Positions 38,251 through 52,000 of a stretch of 64,000 nt of DNA are shown one piece after another (the stretch's first letter is position 1; each line of letters starts with the position of its first letter). The notes beneath the pieces were generated by a model that worked only from the letters and a program-made list of their open reading frames with translations, did not search any database and was not told the origin of the DNA. This stretch comes from Eledone cirrhosa (lineage: Eukaryota): positions 49,042,001 through 49,106,000 of the forward strand of contig OZ024750.1 in NCBI GenBank assembly GCA_964016885.1, in the 5' to 3' direction. The position numbers and the translations under genes were made by a program.

Positions 38251-40799
38251 TGAACTGTAATTTTAATTCAAAGCGTGAGACTTATCATACAATGGCATGC
38301 TGCATCTCCCTGACAATATATTAAAAATAAACATGTCGGTGGAACGCTCAGCCGGATTCGAATACATTTCACGTGCAGTTTTGTTATTTGCATGAAAATG
38401 CTCATCGTCTTAATCAACGGATGTCCAACAACACCATTATAATGTCTGGGGAGGCGATGGTTCTATTACGGACGAGAGTAATAAGGTTATCCAGCAACGT
38501 TACAAAGCCAATACGCCACATTATTTCCAGTAATATTTCGAAGGACTGTATTTTAGCAAGATTAGTTTTTGTTTTGCATAGAGACTTCGTTGAATATAAA
38601 ATAGAGTCTATGATGACAACACTCTAAAACATCCCCATAGATTGTGTACCGATGACCCGTTAGTCTACTAGGAATATCATAATTAGATGACGGTTGTTAA
38701 TTTCATTGTAGTCGAGATATCCACGGCAGAGGAAGATGCTAATGAATATTGATGAGAGCGGCTGAATTGCAGGTAATTTCAGAAATAATAACATCAATTT
38801 AGATCAATGAAGTTTATGATTATCTTAGCAGCCAGGAAAAGGAGAACTCAAGATAAATTAAACAATAGGAAATAATAACCAAGATACAATTCTTGCAAAA
38901 TTGGCTTTCCAAGGGCCAGGAGCTACTTATGGAGTCGTAGGGGCACCGTTGTGATATAAAACAGGTTATTAGACAATTAGAAATGGTAGATACAATCTCA
39001 TTCAGAGCCGAATATATCTAATTTCTTCCAGTGAAAGAAAGAGTGAGAGAGAGAGAGAAATAGAAAGTGAGTGAGCGAGAGTGAATGATAGAAGGCGAGA
39101 GAGAAAGAAGAACATAGATAAATATAGTGGGCGAATCACCGCATTTTCTGTTTGGAACTTCATATATAGGCACGGAAATGATATAAGGCAAAGCTGGTCA
39201 CGGTGAGAGCACAGAGTGACTGGAACTCTACCGCAAAGCATTATATCCAATATTCTAACGTTTCTTCCAATTTCGCCACATTGTGTGACTGACAAAATAT
39301 CTGGTTAATGTTGTGAACTCTAATATATTTAGCAATCCTTGATTTCTATAGGAGTTGATTCTCTACTACAAAGTAGATCAAGAATTACTTCACAGAAGAT
39401 AAAAAAAATCACATCAGAAAATAAATATTCTGCTTGTTGCATAAATAAGTGATGGATTATTATTTGTGCTAAGGAAATGTGGAAGTATATGCATAAAAAA
39501 AGCTTAAACTGTTAGAATGGGATATTGTTAGTTGAGTTGTCTGAAAGAAAAATTAGTACATGGAAAGGATATATCAGAAAATAATACTATTCTATTGAAA
39601 GTGAAGCAGTTATCTATTACAAGAATTCGGAGAAGCGGTAATGTTGCGTGATGAAATGAATGATATATGGAGAAAATATAATGGAATGTAAATAGGAATC
39701 TAAAAAGGCACATATAAACTAAATGTAACACAGTACAAATAAAAGATCACTTTGAAATGAATCCTTTCATAGATTGGATTTTTTTTATCATATCAGGATT
39801 AATAACGTGCAAATTTGCTGTTGCCTGGATTTGTGCAGCTGAAATATAAAGTAACCTTGGTGCCTCATTTACTTGCACGAAATGCGTTATACAGAACAAC
39901 GCGGCATTATTTAAGAGTGCTGGAAGTGATATACGAGGTGGTTAAGTGAAGCAAGGAAAAGAAGATAATACACAACCTTATTCGAAGCCTGGTTATAATA
40001 TAACTTAGGATGTTAATGTATTATGTTCGGCGGCATAACACTGATTTGATGGTCACAACATCCATTTTTGAAAAATAAGACGGATTAATTGAACGTATTT
40101 TCTGCTGTATGAATGAGAATGCGTTACATAGAATGCATTACGAACGAAAGATATAACATTTCTTGATATTTCCATTTGGAACCGTAACTGACATTTTATT
40201 CTGGATGACTATCAGATTTTCCTACATAAAATGGTAAAAGGATTTGACATGTTAGAAATTAATAGGCTTTGAAAGGAGTGGAAGGAGGAAACTATACGAT
40301 TTAAATCCTGTATTACTTGTGTTTGATTACTTAGTGGATGAGATGAGAAAATACTTGTCACTAAACTACCATCAATAATAATAGTTTAAGTAGTAAAAGC
40401 GAATAAAGAAATCAACTTTCCCCACTATTTGCAACAGGTTGTGACTACTTCTGAATGTAAGTGTATCAGTCTATTTATTTATGTTTGCAGCTCTGTGGGG
40501 GCACGCCTTTTCTATTCGGCATTTTATTTGTTTAAACTACATGGGATCTGATTTATGAGTTTATTGAATTATAGTAGCTGCTGAATAGGTTTTTTTTTTT
40601 TTGTTTTTTGTTTTTTTTTTGCTTTACAATTTAATCACGATTGAGAATCAAAACGGTGATTCAGAAAACCTGGAAGATATTTTATTCCACGTTTCTCATA
40701 TTTATATTTCAAATGTTTCGTAAACCTCACTTCATTACTGCTTTCTAGTTTAGTCTTCAAGAATCAAACTATTCATGTTGCGCAAAAGAAGATTGATTC

Positions 40800-41380
40800 C
40801 TATACAATGAACACGTGATGGGGATGAGTGTTGGTAGAAGTATTATTACAGAACCACTGGAAACGCATTGGCCAATTGTCTTACGTTTCTCTCTAAGTCT
40901 TGATCAACTCGTTCGATTTAGACTTAAACCAATCCTTTTGTGGACGTTAAAGTAAAGTAGCAGTTAAACATGGAGTAGGGAGTGGTTTTTACTGCAAAGA
41001 TGCGCCAAGTTGTTTGCCTCCCTCGTATGTTTATTAGGAAACGAAACAAATTGTGTCATGATTAAATATTTATGCTGAAAAATTAGTTTACATTAAGTTA
41101 GGCGGTTAATTTCACAAGGAAGTAAGGTTTGAATTGTGTTTTCCTTGAAAAGCGATGATCTTAAATCTGCTGCAGTGAAATGTATCGATTGTATGCTCTC
41201 TGTTGGATAAAGTTTGTAGCACTAGGCATTACACAGATATTTACTGCATCAAGGTATGGGGGATCCAGTCGGATCAGTTGGAGACGGTTGCTTCTGACAG
41301 GAACTTCTGGAAAGAGTGTTTGAAGTTTCTGCCGCTACAACCCCCTCATGAATAATTTGACGAAGAAGAAGAAAGAAGTT
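40800..41380 (+). mobile_element. Possible ancient RTE-like LINE 3' remnant
   Basis: Weak MRQ..CLP..F (RT motif-like) near 41000, LETVASDRNFWKECL near 41280, and a (GAA)n tail at 41362-41378. Confidence 0.3.
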
Positions 41381-42619
41381 CGTATTTGAAACCAACGAAT
41401 ATTACGCATAACGAACACTGTAAATACTTTCTTTGTATTAGTGATATCTATTGGCAACAAGGACGATGTTATTTCTATGTGTTATCTATTTTTGAGCAAC
41501 ACCCTTCAAAGAAATAATTTAAATTTATTGAATCGTTTCCCACAATAATATATGATTGATGAAAGAGAAAAGATTATAGGAATTCTGCGCCTCCCAAAAT
41601 GAAACATAGATGTATTTTGTGACGTTAATTGAAAACGGAATCCATAGAGCTTAGAAGATACGTTATTTGATTAACAGGTATTTTAGATTATCAACAATGA
41701 CAAGATTGGCGTCCATATTGTTAGTGTTGGATTTTTAGAAGATCGTCTTAGTTTCAAAGATAAGGCGGCAGAAAGGTTATGTAGATATATATACTAGTTC
41801 CTATAACCTGTTATTACATTACTGGTCACATGCATTCAATTCAATCATTTCCAAACCAAAACTTCTGTCTAAGAATCCAGTAAGTGTGTCATCGATCTGT
41901 TTTTGTCGCGCTGCATAAAAGTAAACACTGAATCGGTTGCTGGTTGCTTATTCCTTTCAGTTGATAGCCCTGTCATCCCCGTATATATTCCTACAGATTT
42001 ACACCTCCCATGGGCATGGAGGGAATTTTCCATCCAGCAACAACATTCAAAGCATAGATTCCATCCCCAACATATTGCACTAAGGACCGGGACTGCTTCC
42101 CACGTATATTGCATTGCCCGAGGGGAGGAAACTACGGTAGTGGTGTTAGTTCGTCAGAATACATTCACATAACACACCAATAGCAGCAGCAAGTAGCCAA
42201 TGTATGTATGGTGCTAATACTTCAGAGACCAGCCCTGCAGAGCCTCGAGAAATAAAATAACAGGTGAGATGCCCCCAAAAGTGATCATGGATTAGGATGA
42301 TAAACGTTGTACAACGCTGGTCTTATTCTCTGTTTCGCTGTGAGAATAATCAGATGATAAGCTTAAATAACATGAGCAGGGAACACATAAACTACAGGTT
42401 TCACTTCAGTGATTCACTGTCTTATAAGGACAGCGCTATGTATTTCGCTACCATTTGTTACTGCACACCATGACACCAATTATAGGTATTTCTGAGATTT
42501 GGGCGCACAGATAATATTTGTAACGGTGGCCCATATACTTTGGTTTTGAAATCCGTCTGACTCCTCTCCTAGACAGATTGACACCCAAGGCAATTTCTCT
42601 CTACTCGGAGCAACTGGTT

Positions 42620-44150
42620 TTAAGACACCAGCAACTCATAGTTTTCTTTGTCACTTCCAAACAAATATGACACATGAATACTCGCAGAACAGGCAAGAGA
42701 AGCCTCTGAATAGCAGAGGTGCATTTCATTAGGAAGCGAATATTTACCCTGAACCGTCGGAGGGATCTGGACTCATGGAAACACCTGAAAACATACTCCG
42801 ATGTGTAACGGAGATTTTGCACAAGATCGACAGAGTCGGAGGATCGATTCTAGAGTCGAAAGTGATTGATTGGTTGAACGGCATATGCAACATGGAACAT
42901 TGCCATTTTACCCAATTTGACATCAATAACTACTACACTTAAATCAATTCACCACTTCTTCGGTGGTTAAGGATTTCGAAGATGTTGTCATCTTAAAAGT
43001 CAGTGGTAAATTTCAATGACTTTATTTGGCTGAAAATATCTAATTGCACCCCATTCGACGTGAGAATGGGCGCCATCGATTCGGTAGAGGTTACAGATCT
43101 TATCGGCCGATTCATACTTTTCTCTATGATGGAAGATCTCCCTAATGTAGGCGGAGGCTTGGACCACGATAACGGTGTTTTGACCATGACCAAGTTCTAC
43201 AGGTTTAGCAAAAAAAATCACAGCTTTCCTTAAAGGCTCCAGCTTCTCAATAAAAGTTGAAGCCAACCTTTGTAAACTACCTCAACGTTGCCCTCAATTT
43301 GTCGAATGGCTTGCACTACCCGTATAGAAAGCTGAATGATACGCCTAATTACATCAGTAAGCATTCTAACCATCCAGCCAGCATAACGAAGAACCTGGTA
43401 AGAAACGTTTCATTCAGGCTTTCTCGTCTATCAACAAACGAGTATATTTTTACCGATTATTCCACATATTACAATGAAGCTCTAGCTCGGCGTGTATTCG
43501 GTGATAAGGTAGAATATACTAAGTACGAGCATAAATCTACGAAAAGTAGATCCCGATGCATTATATGATATAACCGACCATACAATATGTAGGTGGCCAC
43601 ACCATTTGCAAGAATCTTTCTCGCTCTAATTAAGAAGAATTTTCGCACAGCACAAAAATATAATAAAATATTTAATAGAAATACCATTAAAATAGCTTAC
43701 TTCATGACTCCTAACATCGCATATAACATCACTGCATAACATTTAGCCAAATTACCTAGCTGCAGTAACACTAACAACATGTAGCTAGTACTAACTCTAA
43801 TTGTAGGAATCGGGAATACGGCACTCTATCCGGGAAATGCCTCTCCAGTAATATTGTCTACAAATGTAAGGTAGACACACCTACATCTGGTAGGGCCTAC
43901 ATAGGGTTAAAACAGCCTCTTTACATGCATACCCATTCTTTTCTTAACCATTTAAGAAGGAACTTTCGGCTTATATCTGGATAAATCCTAGCTAAAGTTA
44001 GATTGTATAATGGAAACAAAAGACTATACGATATCCGTGACGCTGAATCCTTGCAATGATCAAATCCCACAAATGATCAAATCTTAAACAAACAATCTGA
44101 GGCAATTTCGGCGTGTAAACACAAATTGCCTAAAACCTTCCTGTATTAGA
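42620..44150 (+). mobile_element. Penelope-like element (Naiad-like), decayed RT plus GIY-YIG
   Basis: FTQFDINNYY, FDVRMGAIDSVEVTDLIG, GLDHDNG (degenerate catalytic motif), YLNVALNLSNGLHYPYRK..YISKHSNHP, NCRNREY..GKCLSSNIVYKC..YIG. Confidence 0.8.
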
Positions 44151-44379
44151 GCCCCACATTATACTTTAACGGATAGTACTGACAATACGCTGATAATATA
44201 AGTCATGTTGTTGTAGCTAAGTATATTTTATGTGTATACCATTACTTATTCGTATAGGTAAATACATCTTATCCGTAGGTTCGTGCACGTACGTATACTT
44301 TTTCGAACATATATATGCTTGTGTGTGTTATAGGTGTATATTATATACACGTGTATTTAAGTATATGTATAAGTGTATA

Positions 44380-44414
44380 TGTGTATGTGTATATGTATAT
44401 GTGTATGTGTGTAC

Positions 44415-44495
<81 letters not shown>

Positions 44496-44515
44496 CGTGC
44501 GTGCTTGCGTGTGTA

Positions 44516-44552
<37 letters not shown>

Positions 44553-44593
44553 GTGCGTATGTGTGTGTGTGTGAGTGTGTGTGTGTGTGTGTG
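44380..44593. repeat. (TA)n(TG)n microsatellite
   Basis: Direct reading. Confidence 0.95.
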
Positions 44594-44863
44594 TCCATTG
44601 CCAGGGAACGTCGTCACGAACCAAAGTATCGTCTTCCTGTTTTCCTTCGGTTGAAAAAGTTTTTCGAAATACTTACTTCTACGTTCAGAAATACATTTTT
44701 TTTTTTTTTTAGATTCAGAATATCCCATTAAGTGTGAAAACAACAATCCGTTGCTTCACTTTAATCTGTTATGTTAATACGCAAAACTTACTCCAACACT
44801 TAATTTTAAATCTTTAATTTTTTATTTTTAATTCCTAGTAATTCTTTTTAGTTGTAATATTTA

Positions 44864-44908
44864 ACATTTGATGATACGATTGTTAATAATACACCGAAAC
44901 CGGTAATA
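44864..44908 (+). ncRNA. Degenerate hammerhead downstream of the Naiad-like PLE
   Basis: tTGATGA tacg attgttaataat acacc GAAA ccgg TA. Palindromic stem III; first core base and stem II base are mutated. Confidence 0.4.
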
Positions 44909-45122
44909 CTTTATATACTAAAGTATATATATACTTTATATACTTTATATTCATTTAAAAACTTTTTTAAAAAGAGCTGTCCGTCTCATGTTTTCAATAA
45001 TGTTATATTTTCAATAATCTCACTTTGGCGAATCAAAGAAAGGAAAAAAATAAAAGAAAAACAGACACTGGGATATATTTTCCGTGTTATTTACAACTTC
45101 ATCTTTTCTCTCTCGCTCTTTG

Positions 45123-45269
<147 letters not shown>

Positions 45270-45738
45270 GTATATATGAGGGGGTGTATCTATGTATGTG
45301 TGCGATGTGGGGTCGTCTGTTGGTTTGTATATGTGCATGTTTCAATATGCACATATATGCCACATAGAATTAGCTTCCAACTTTTCGTTTATTATTTCGT
45401 CTTTCTAATATATCGAAAAACATGCAATTCTTGATGAATATATGCATCAGAATTGTTTTCTGTCTCTCATTCTATATTTCTCAGTTTCTCTCTCGCTTTC
45501 TCTATCTCAACATCTCCCTACTATCCCCGTCTCTCTCTTGAGAATGATTCATTAGCATCCATTCTTAATAGAATAGTAGATGAATAAATCTGCATATTTT
45601 TCAGTCACATTTATATTCGTTCTCTACATGTATACCACGACTTTGACAGTAATTTCTAGTCTATCAAAGGCCACTAATAACTTCACTGATCGATAGCGCC
45701 ATCAGCAAATTCGTCATTTGAGTTATTATTATTTTTAT

Positions 45739-46004
45739 TGGTGGATTGGCAGTATCGATAGAAAGTCGGACACCATGCCTTGCAGCATAGAGTTATGACC
45801 CTTTATGATTTGAGTTCAAATCCCGCCGAGGTTAACTTTGCTTTTCAACCTTACGGGGTTGATAAAATGAAGCACCATTAATGTACTGCGGTCAAGTTAA
45901 TCGAATTTCCCCTCCCCAAATTAATGGCTTTGGGTCTATATAAGGAAACATTGTACCAGTAATGTACTGGACAATTGCTGGCCTTGTGCGTAAAGTAGAA
46001 ACAA
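45739..46004 (+). mobile_element. SINE family A, long variant with an extra internal segment and duplicated tail
   Basis: Standard head and centre, then gtcaagttaatcgaatttcccctccccaaatt.., then a second gtaccagtaatg..aagtagaaacaa tail. Confidence 0.85.
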
Positions 46005-46007
46005 TTA

Positions 46008-46497
46008 TTTTATCTGTCTCGTGGCCATGGCGAAAGAGATAGTATGGTAGACGCGTCTGAAAGGGCTGAAGACTAGCACTTACCTCTTCGGTGATGCCCT
46101 GATTCACTTTTTCAAATTTCATTTGAAAAGGAAAATCAGGTTAGAGAGGGAAGTGCCCTCTTCCCAGCATTTTGTTGAAAGATGGGTGAGAGAGGCAAGA
46201 ATGGCCCGAGTGAATGGACCTACTCTGAGTATGTGCCTGGAAAATGAAAGTGGAGAACTGGGAGAGGGCACTAGCCCTGTCGGTCAGGGTCACCGTGGGT
46301 TTTTTAATGGGCTTTCTCAACGATGGCCCTCGGAAGTCTTCCCCCAATTGGGGAATTTTTCATTGTTCTTTTTATATTACATCATCTGTTTATGTTTTTT
46401 TTACACGCCGAAATACACATTTGTACCGTCCTGTATTGTCCTGTACTGTCCTTAATGTCTGATTTTGTGTAAACCCTTGTGGTTAATAAAGAAAGCA
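46008..46497 (+). mobile_element. Tx1-like element 3' end (ORF2 C-terminus, 3' UTR, AATAAA) running into (ATT)n
   Basis: KRKIRLEREV..FVERWVREARMARVNGPTL is homologous to 54346-54472 and 62925-63140; ggttaataaagaaagc is followed by attatt. Confidence 0.85.
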
Positions 46498-46800
46498 TTA
46501 TTATTATTATTAATATTATTATTATTATTATTAATATTATTATTATTTTTATTATTATTATTATTATCCCGATGGATTGGCAGTATCCGAAGAGGGTCAG
46601 ATTAAAAGCATAGAGTTACGGCCCTTGTCATTCTGAGTTCAAATCCCGCCGAGGTTAACTTTATTTTTCATCCTTACGCGGTCGATAAAATAAAGTACCT
46701 GTAATGTACTGGTACTTGTGCCAAAAGTAGAAACACTCATTATTATTATTGTTATTATTATTGTTATTATTATTGTTATTATTATTGTTGTTATTACTGT
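46497..46800. repeat. (ATT)n/(GTT) microsatellite split by a SINE
   Basis: Direct reading: 46497-46567 and 46739-46797. Confidence 0.93.
46571..46735 (+). mobile_element. SINE family A, diverged
   Basis: Same head, B box, central domain and tail. Confidence 0.88.
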
Positions 46801-48976
46801 TTGAGTCTCAGTCATTGATGTTAGTTAACTGAAAAGTTTGTTGAAATGAATATCAAGCTACTACCTGCAGCCTGAGATATTCAGAACGTATCGGAGGGTT
46901 CTTGCTGTTCCCAGCAAGCATGCCTTTTGAAGCGTTCCAAAAAGCGTGAAGGGGCCAATTTCCTTTAACCATCCCTGGAAACTTTTTGAGATAGTCCCTA
47001 GTGCACCTATGATAATCGGGATCACTTTGACTTCATGGCAGTTCCAAGTCCTTTTTACCTCCCACTTTAAGTCCTGGTATCGGTTAATGTTCTCCCTCTC
47101 CTTCTCTTGCACTCGCGTGTCAAATGGGCAGGCCACATCCACAATCAGGCACGATCTTTTTTCTTTGTCAACAACCACCAGGTCAGGTCTATTGTGTTCC
47201 AGTTTCTTGTCCGTCTGTATCCTAAAATCCCACAGCACATTCACCTGTTCGTTTTCTATCACCGCCTCTGGCTTATGCTCATACCACTTCTCAGAATGTG
47301 ATAAATTGTTTACTTTGCATAGGTGCCAGTGGATGACCCTGCCCATCACATCATGTCTCCAGCCCTTATAGTGAGTCTGGGCTAGGTGTTTACACTCGGA
47401 TACAATGTGAGCCACAGTTTTCTCTCTCTCTCTCCACAGATCCTGCAGAGTGGGCTAGCCTCTTCCTTGTAAATATGGTGTTTCAACCACTTCGTTTTGA
47501 GGGCCTGCTCCTGCGCAGCCATTAACATTCCTTCTGTAGCCTTTTTAAGGTCTCCTCTTTTCAACCAGTTCCATGTCTGTGGATCTCTAAATTCAGTTTT
47601 CTCAAAGAAAGTACTATGAAGGGATTTTTCCTGAAGGCTGCTCTTTCTCATTGATGTTATTTCCTCCTTGGACATCCCTTGGCCTATTGTCCACTCCTTC
47701 AATACAATTCTGAGCATTGGCTCCTTACTATCAGTCACGTTTTTGTGTAGGTTGTTTTTCTCCATCTGAACACAGTCCTCTATGCTGATAAGACCTCTTC
47801 CACCTTCAGATCTCCTTAAGTAGAGTCTATCGACAACACTTCTCTTGTGGAACATGTTGTAGATAGTCAATAGCTTCCAAGTCTTCCTATCCATTTCTTT
47901 CTGTTTAGCAACATGCCATCTCAGTATTCCTGCATTGCACCTAATAATAGACACAGCTCGGGAATTTACTGCACTTATGGCATTCCTACTGTTCAGATGT
48001 GACTTTAATACGCTCCTTACTCTCCGAATGTATTCAGTTCTTATCAATTCCGTCATGTTTTTGTTCTTGATGTCATCATCCTCCAGAACGCCCAAATACT
48101 TGTATCCTTCTTCACTGTCAATTTCCTTTATCATCTCACCCGTTGGTACCTGGATTCCGTTACTTCTGCTCAACTTAGCCCTCTTCATCTCAATGACTCC
48201 ATACTTACTAATACTAAATTGCATACATATATCATTGCTGAAAATACGGACAGTGTCAACAAGCACATCCAACTCCTTCTCACTCTTCCCGAAGAGCTTA
48301 AGATCGTCCATGAAGAGGAGGTGATTGATGGTAAGCCCTCCCTTTCCTAACCTGTATCCTGCTCTCACTTTTCGCAGTATAATGGTCAGGGTCATCAGGG
48401 CAAGGATAAACAACAGAGGGGACAGACTATCTCCCTGGAAGATACCTCTCTTGATCTTCACGCTTCCCAAGGATTCTCCAGTCGATGTTAACTCTATTTC
48501 CCAGACTTCATACTTTTGCCCAACAACTGTCTGATGTTATCTGCTACCTTGAAGATCTCCAGGCTTTTGGTGATCCAAGAATGAGGCACCATGTCAAATG
48601 CCTTTTTGTAGTCTATCCATCCCATGGCAAGACCAGTGTGTCTCCTCTTGCAATTCCTCATTACCATCTTATCAATAAGTAACTGGTCCTTTGTACCACG
48701 TGACTTCTTTCGGCAAACTTTCTGTTCGTCCGGTAACAAGTTGTTTGTGTGGAGGTGATGGTAGATTTCCTCAGACACAATGCTCGTCAACAGTTTCCAC
48801 ATTACGGACAGATATGTGATAGGTCTATAGTTGGTAACATCATTACCCTTGATTCGGTCTTTCATTATCAGAACTGTGGTACCTTTTGTCAACCACTCTG
48901 GTACCTCACCTGACATCAAGCAGTCATTGAACATGGTTGTCAGTTTCGGGTGGAGGGATGTTATATTTTTAATCCA

Positions 48977-48978
<2 letters not shown>
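46798..48978 (-). mobile_element. R4/Dong-clade non-LTR retrotransposon copy 1 (RT, Zn finger, restriction-like endonuclease), 5'-truncated and frameshifted
   Basis: NYRPIT, WIDYKKAFDMVPH, GIFQGDSLSP, HLLFMDDLKL, YKYLG, CRICG..HIVSEC, RHD, RPDLVVVDK..DVACP. (ATT)n on both sides. Confidence 0.92.
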
Positions 48979-49007
<29 letters not shown>

Positions 49008-49051
49008 TTATTCTTCTTCTTCTTCTTCTTATTATTATTATTATTATTATT
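48977..49051. repeat. (ATT)n/(CTT)n microsatellite between Dong and Tx1
   Basis: Direct reading. Confidence 0.95.
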
Positions 49052-52000
49052 GGCGAGCTACGTAGTAAATCGTATCATCGTGAGCTCCGCAAAGGTTTGT
49101 TATTTTCAGTTATTGCCATTCATGGAAAATGTTTATTGTTAACTGTATATAAGTGCACATACATTGTTATCTGACAAGGACATCCAAAAAGATTGGGGCC
49201 TTGAACAAAAAATTTAAACTTTTATAATTATCAAGAAAATGTTTCTTTGAAAAATTATGGCTGTCTCAGAGTCACTTCTTTCTCACAAACTAACACCTCA
49301 CACCGACACGACCATTGTAAATGTTACTACGTTTGCCAACACTAAAGAAAATATAAGCAGTAGCAATATTTTAAATTTGTCTCAGGCAGACATGCATTTC
49401 CCGCCATTACCAATGACTGCAGGTTTTAAAGCCGCCAACACCACCACCGAGACAACCACCACCCCCGCCTCCACCCCGACAACAGAAACAAAAGAAAAAA
49501 ATAAATTAACTCGTGATATCGAAATGAATTCAACCAAAATGAACTATTCCACACCGAACACCACTTACGCCACCACCACCACAACTGAAACTAAAATTAA
49601 TAATAACAAAAATAACGATAACAACAACAGCAACAATGACATTAAGAAAACCACCCTGTGTTTTGCCAGAGTAGCAAAACAGTGCGAAGCATTTCAGGTA
49701 ACTCAGGAGAAATTAGAAGATGCCAAAAAAATGCTAAAGAAAGATGGGTCCATGGTCAGCATCACCCCCTCACCTAATAAAATGGAGCATCGGCGCCTAT
49801 GCACCGTGTCTTATCGAACAATTAATATAAAATCGTGCCGATTGAATCGGGCATCCGAGCCTCAAATCTAAAAAGCTTTGGGACATGTGTGGGCAAAAAA
49901 AAACCCACATCAGACATGGGCAGAAGAATGGAACCGTGGACGTGTTCTTTGAAACACCACAGGAGGCAAGAGAACACTCCATTGCCCCATTAAGAAGTGA
50001 CGACTTCACACTGGTCCCAAGCTATTGTGGCCAGAGACTCGTAAATATCAGGGTGACCCACGTTCCACCGGCCATCAAAATTCTCTGGCTATTAGCTGCC
50101 GACCTAGCCGGCATCGAAGCCAACACCAAGATAATAGAAATAGCGAAAGAAAAGAAGGATAACTGGTCTGGATCTGGGATGGAGCTCCTGATCCAAGCGG
50201 ACCAAAAAAGCATTGAGGAGATCCCAGAGGTAATAGACCTCACTGACGGCAGCCACCTCACCGTAATTGTCGAGGGCAGAAGGCCTAGGTGTGTCGTTTG
50301 TGGTGAAGGAACCCACCTAAGGGCTTTCTGCCCTCAGGCTAAAATAATGAGGCCACCTCTCCTACCCACCCCAGTGACTCAACCATCAACACCACCAGCA
50401 GCAGAGATGGCAGCAACAACTGCAGCAGCAACAACAGAAGCAACTGTAACAGCAACAACCCCAGCAACAGTAGCAAAACCAACACCACCACCAACCAACG
50501 CTTCAGAACTAGCACCAGCGCCTACACGTTCCACCACGCCACAACCAAAACTAACGCCTGTGGAGGATTTTCCACTCCCCGGCCTATCACAACTGGAGAC
50601 AGATTGTGACGACGAGGAGTGGGAAACGGTAGCAGGAAAAAAGAAAAAAAGAAACCAAAAAAGAAAAAAAATTCTCTTCCGTCCCCCTCGAAAAACAAAA
50701 TACAGAGGGAAACAAATAAACTATCAAATTAAAAAGTTGGGACAGACATGCCACATCCACACCAGCATCACCAACCCAATCACCCCAAACACCAACACCA
50801 TCACCATCATTAACCCCAACACCAGCATCACCTACACCACAAAAGTCACCAAAATGCGAAACATAAACAAACCCACAACAAACGCAAACAAAACAAAACA
50901 ACCAAAGCGATACACTCTACACAGCATTAAATTTGAACAACAACCAATTATTTCACTACATCCAACACAACACCAGCATCACAGAAAAAGACTACACAAC
51001 AACCCAAAAGTTCACACCACCTCCACACATACAAATCACTCGCAGCACACAGAAAACATACATGACACTAAAACAAAAATTCCCCAAAGACATTGAAGAC
51101 TTCCGACAAGCACTATCCAGGAGGATTTATAAGGACATCCTTCCTGAGGAGGCCACAAGCAGTGAAAAAGGATGGAGAAACCGTCCTTCCTCTACTAGAA
51201 GTAAGGTAAGTGGTCTTTCCCATCTTTTCCACTCTATTTCAACATGACCTCACTCAGAATAGGTAGCTTAAATGCGCCTGGCTTGGCGTCGTCATGGAAG
51301 CAGGGCCACCTGCTCAACGATCTCAGATCACTAAACATAGATGTAGTGGCCATCAGCGAGTCCAGAATCTCCGAAGCACGGGCCTTCGCACCGAACTTCG
51401 GCGGCTACGATGTATACACATCTCCCAGCAGTCCGGGATCGGGGGGAGGAGTTGCTGTGCTTTTTCGGAGAGGTTTGGATCTTGCCATACGGGCCATCTT
51501 CCTGGACCCAGAAGGTAAGTTGGTGGTGCTGGACGTGACCAGCGGAGACGGGCAAGCTTTCAGGTTAGTGGCCGTCTATGCCCGACAGGAGCAGGGCGGC
51601 CTGATTTCTTCCGGCGTCTGGAGACCTTTCTTGGAACATCCCGCTCTTTAGAGATAGTGGGCGACTGGAACAGGATCTTAGATGCACGCTGGGACTGATT
51701 GGGATTAGTGGATAGGGGAGGAGGGTTCAAGAGTCTCACCAACCTGCTCAGGCGTTTTTAACTGTCTGACAGGTACCGATTGGATTTCCCAAGTGTGCCA
51801 ATGTGGACGTGGACAAATTACATAGTGTCATCCAGATCATATCTAGATAGAGTATTTTGTAGGGAAATAGATAGGTCTAGCATAGACTGTCCACAATTCA
51901 AGATAGTCAGCTACACGGACCACAAATTCGTGACCTGTGTGCTTGACTTCGATAGGCTTCATAGACGAGGACCCGGCTACTGAAAGCTAAACGCGTCCTT

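Noticed and set aside
33900-42600. Host exons in the repeat-poorer interval
   Set aside because: No ORF with a recognisable domain or convincing splice-bounded exon was seen; small exons cannot be excluded without RNA data.
43565-43570. In-frame TGA in the Naiad-like ORF as possible selenocysteine
   Set aside because: It aligns with Trp in IIWYN of the other copies, not Cys, in a heavily decayed copy.
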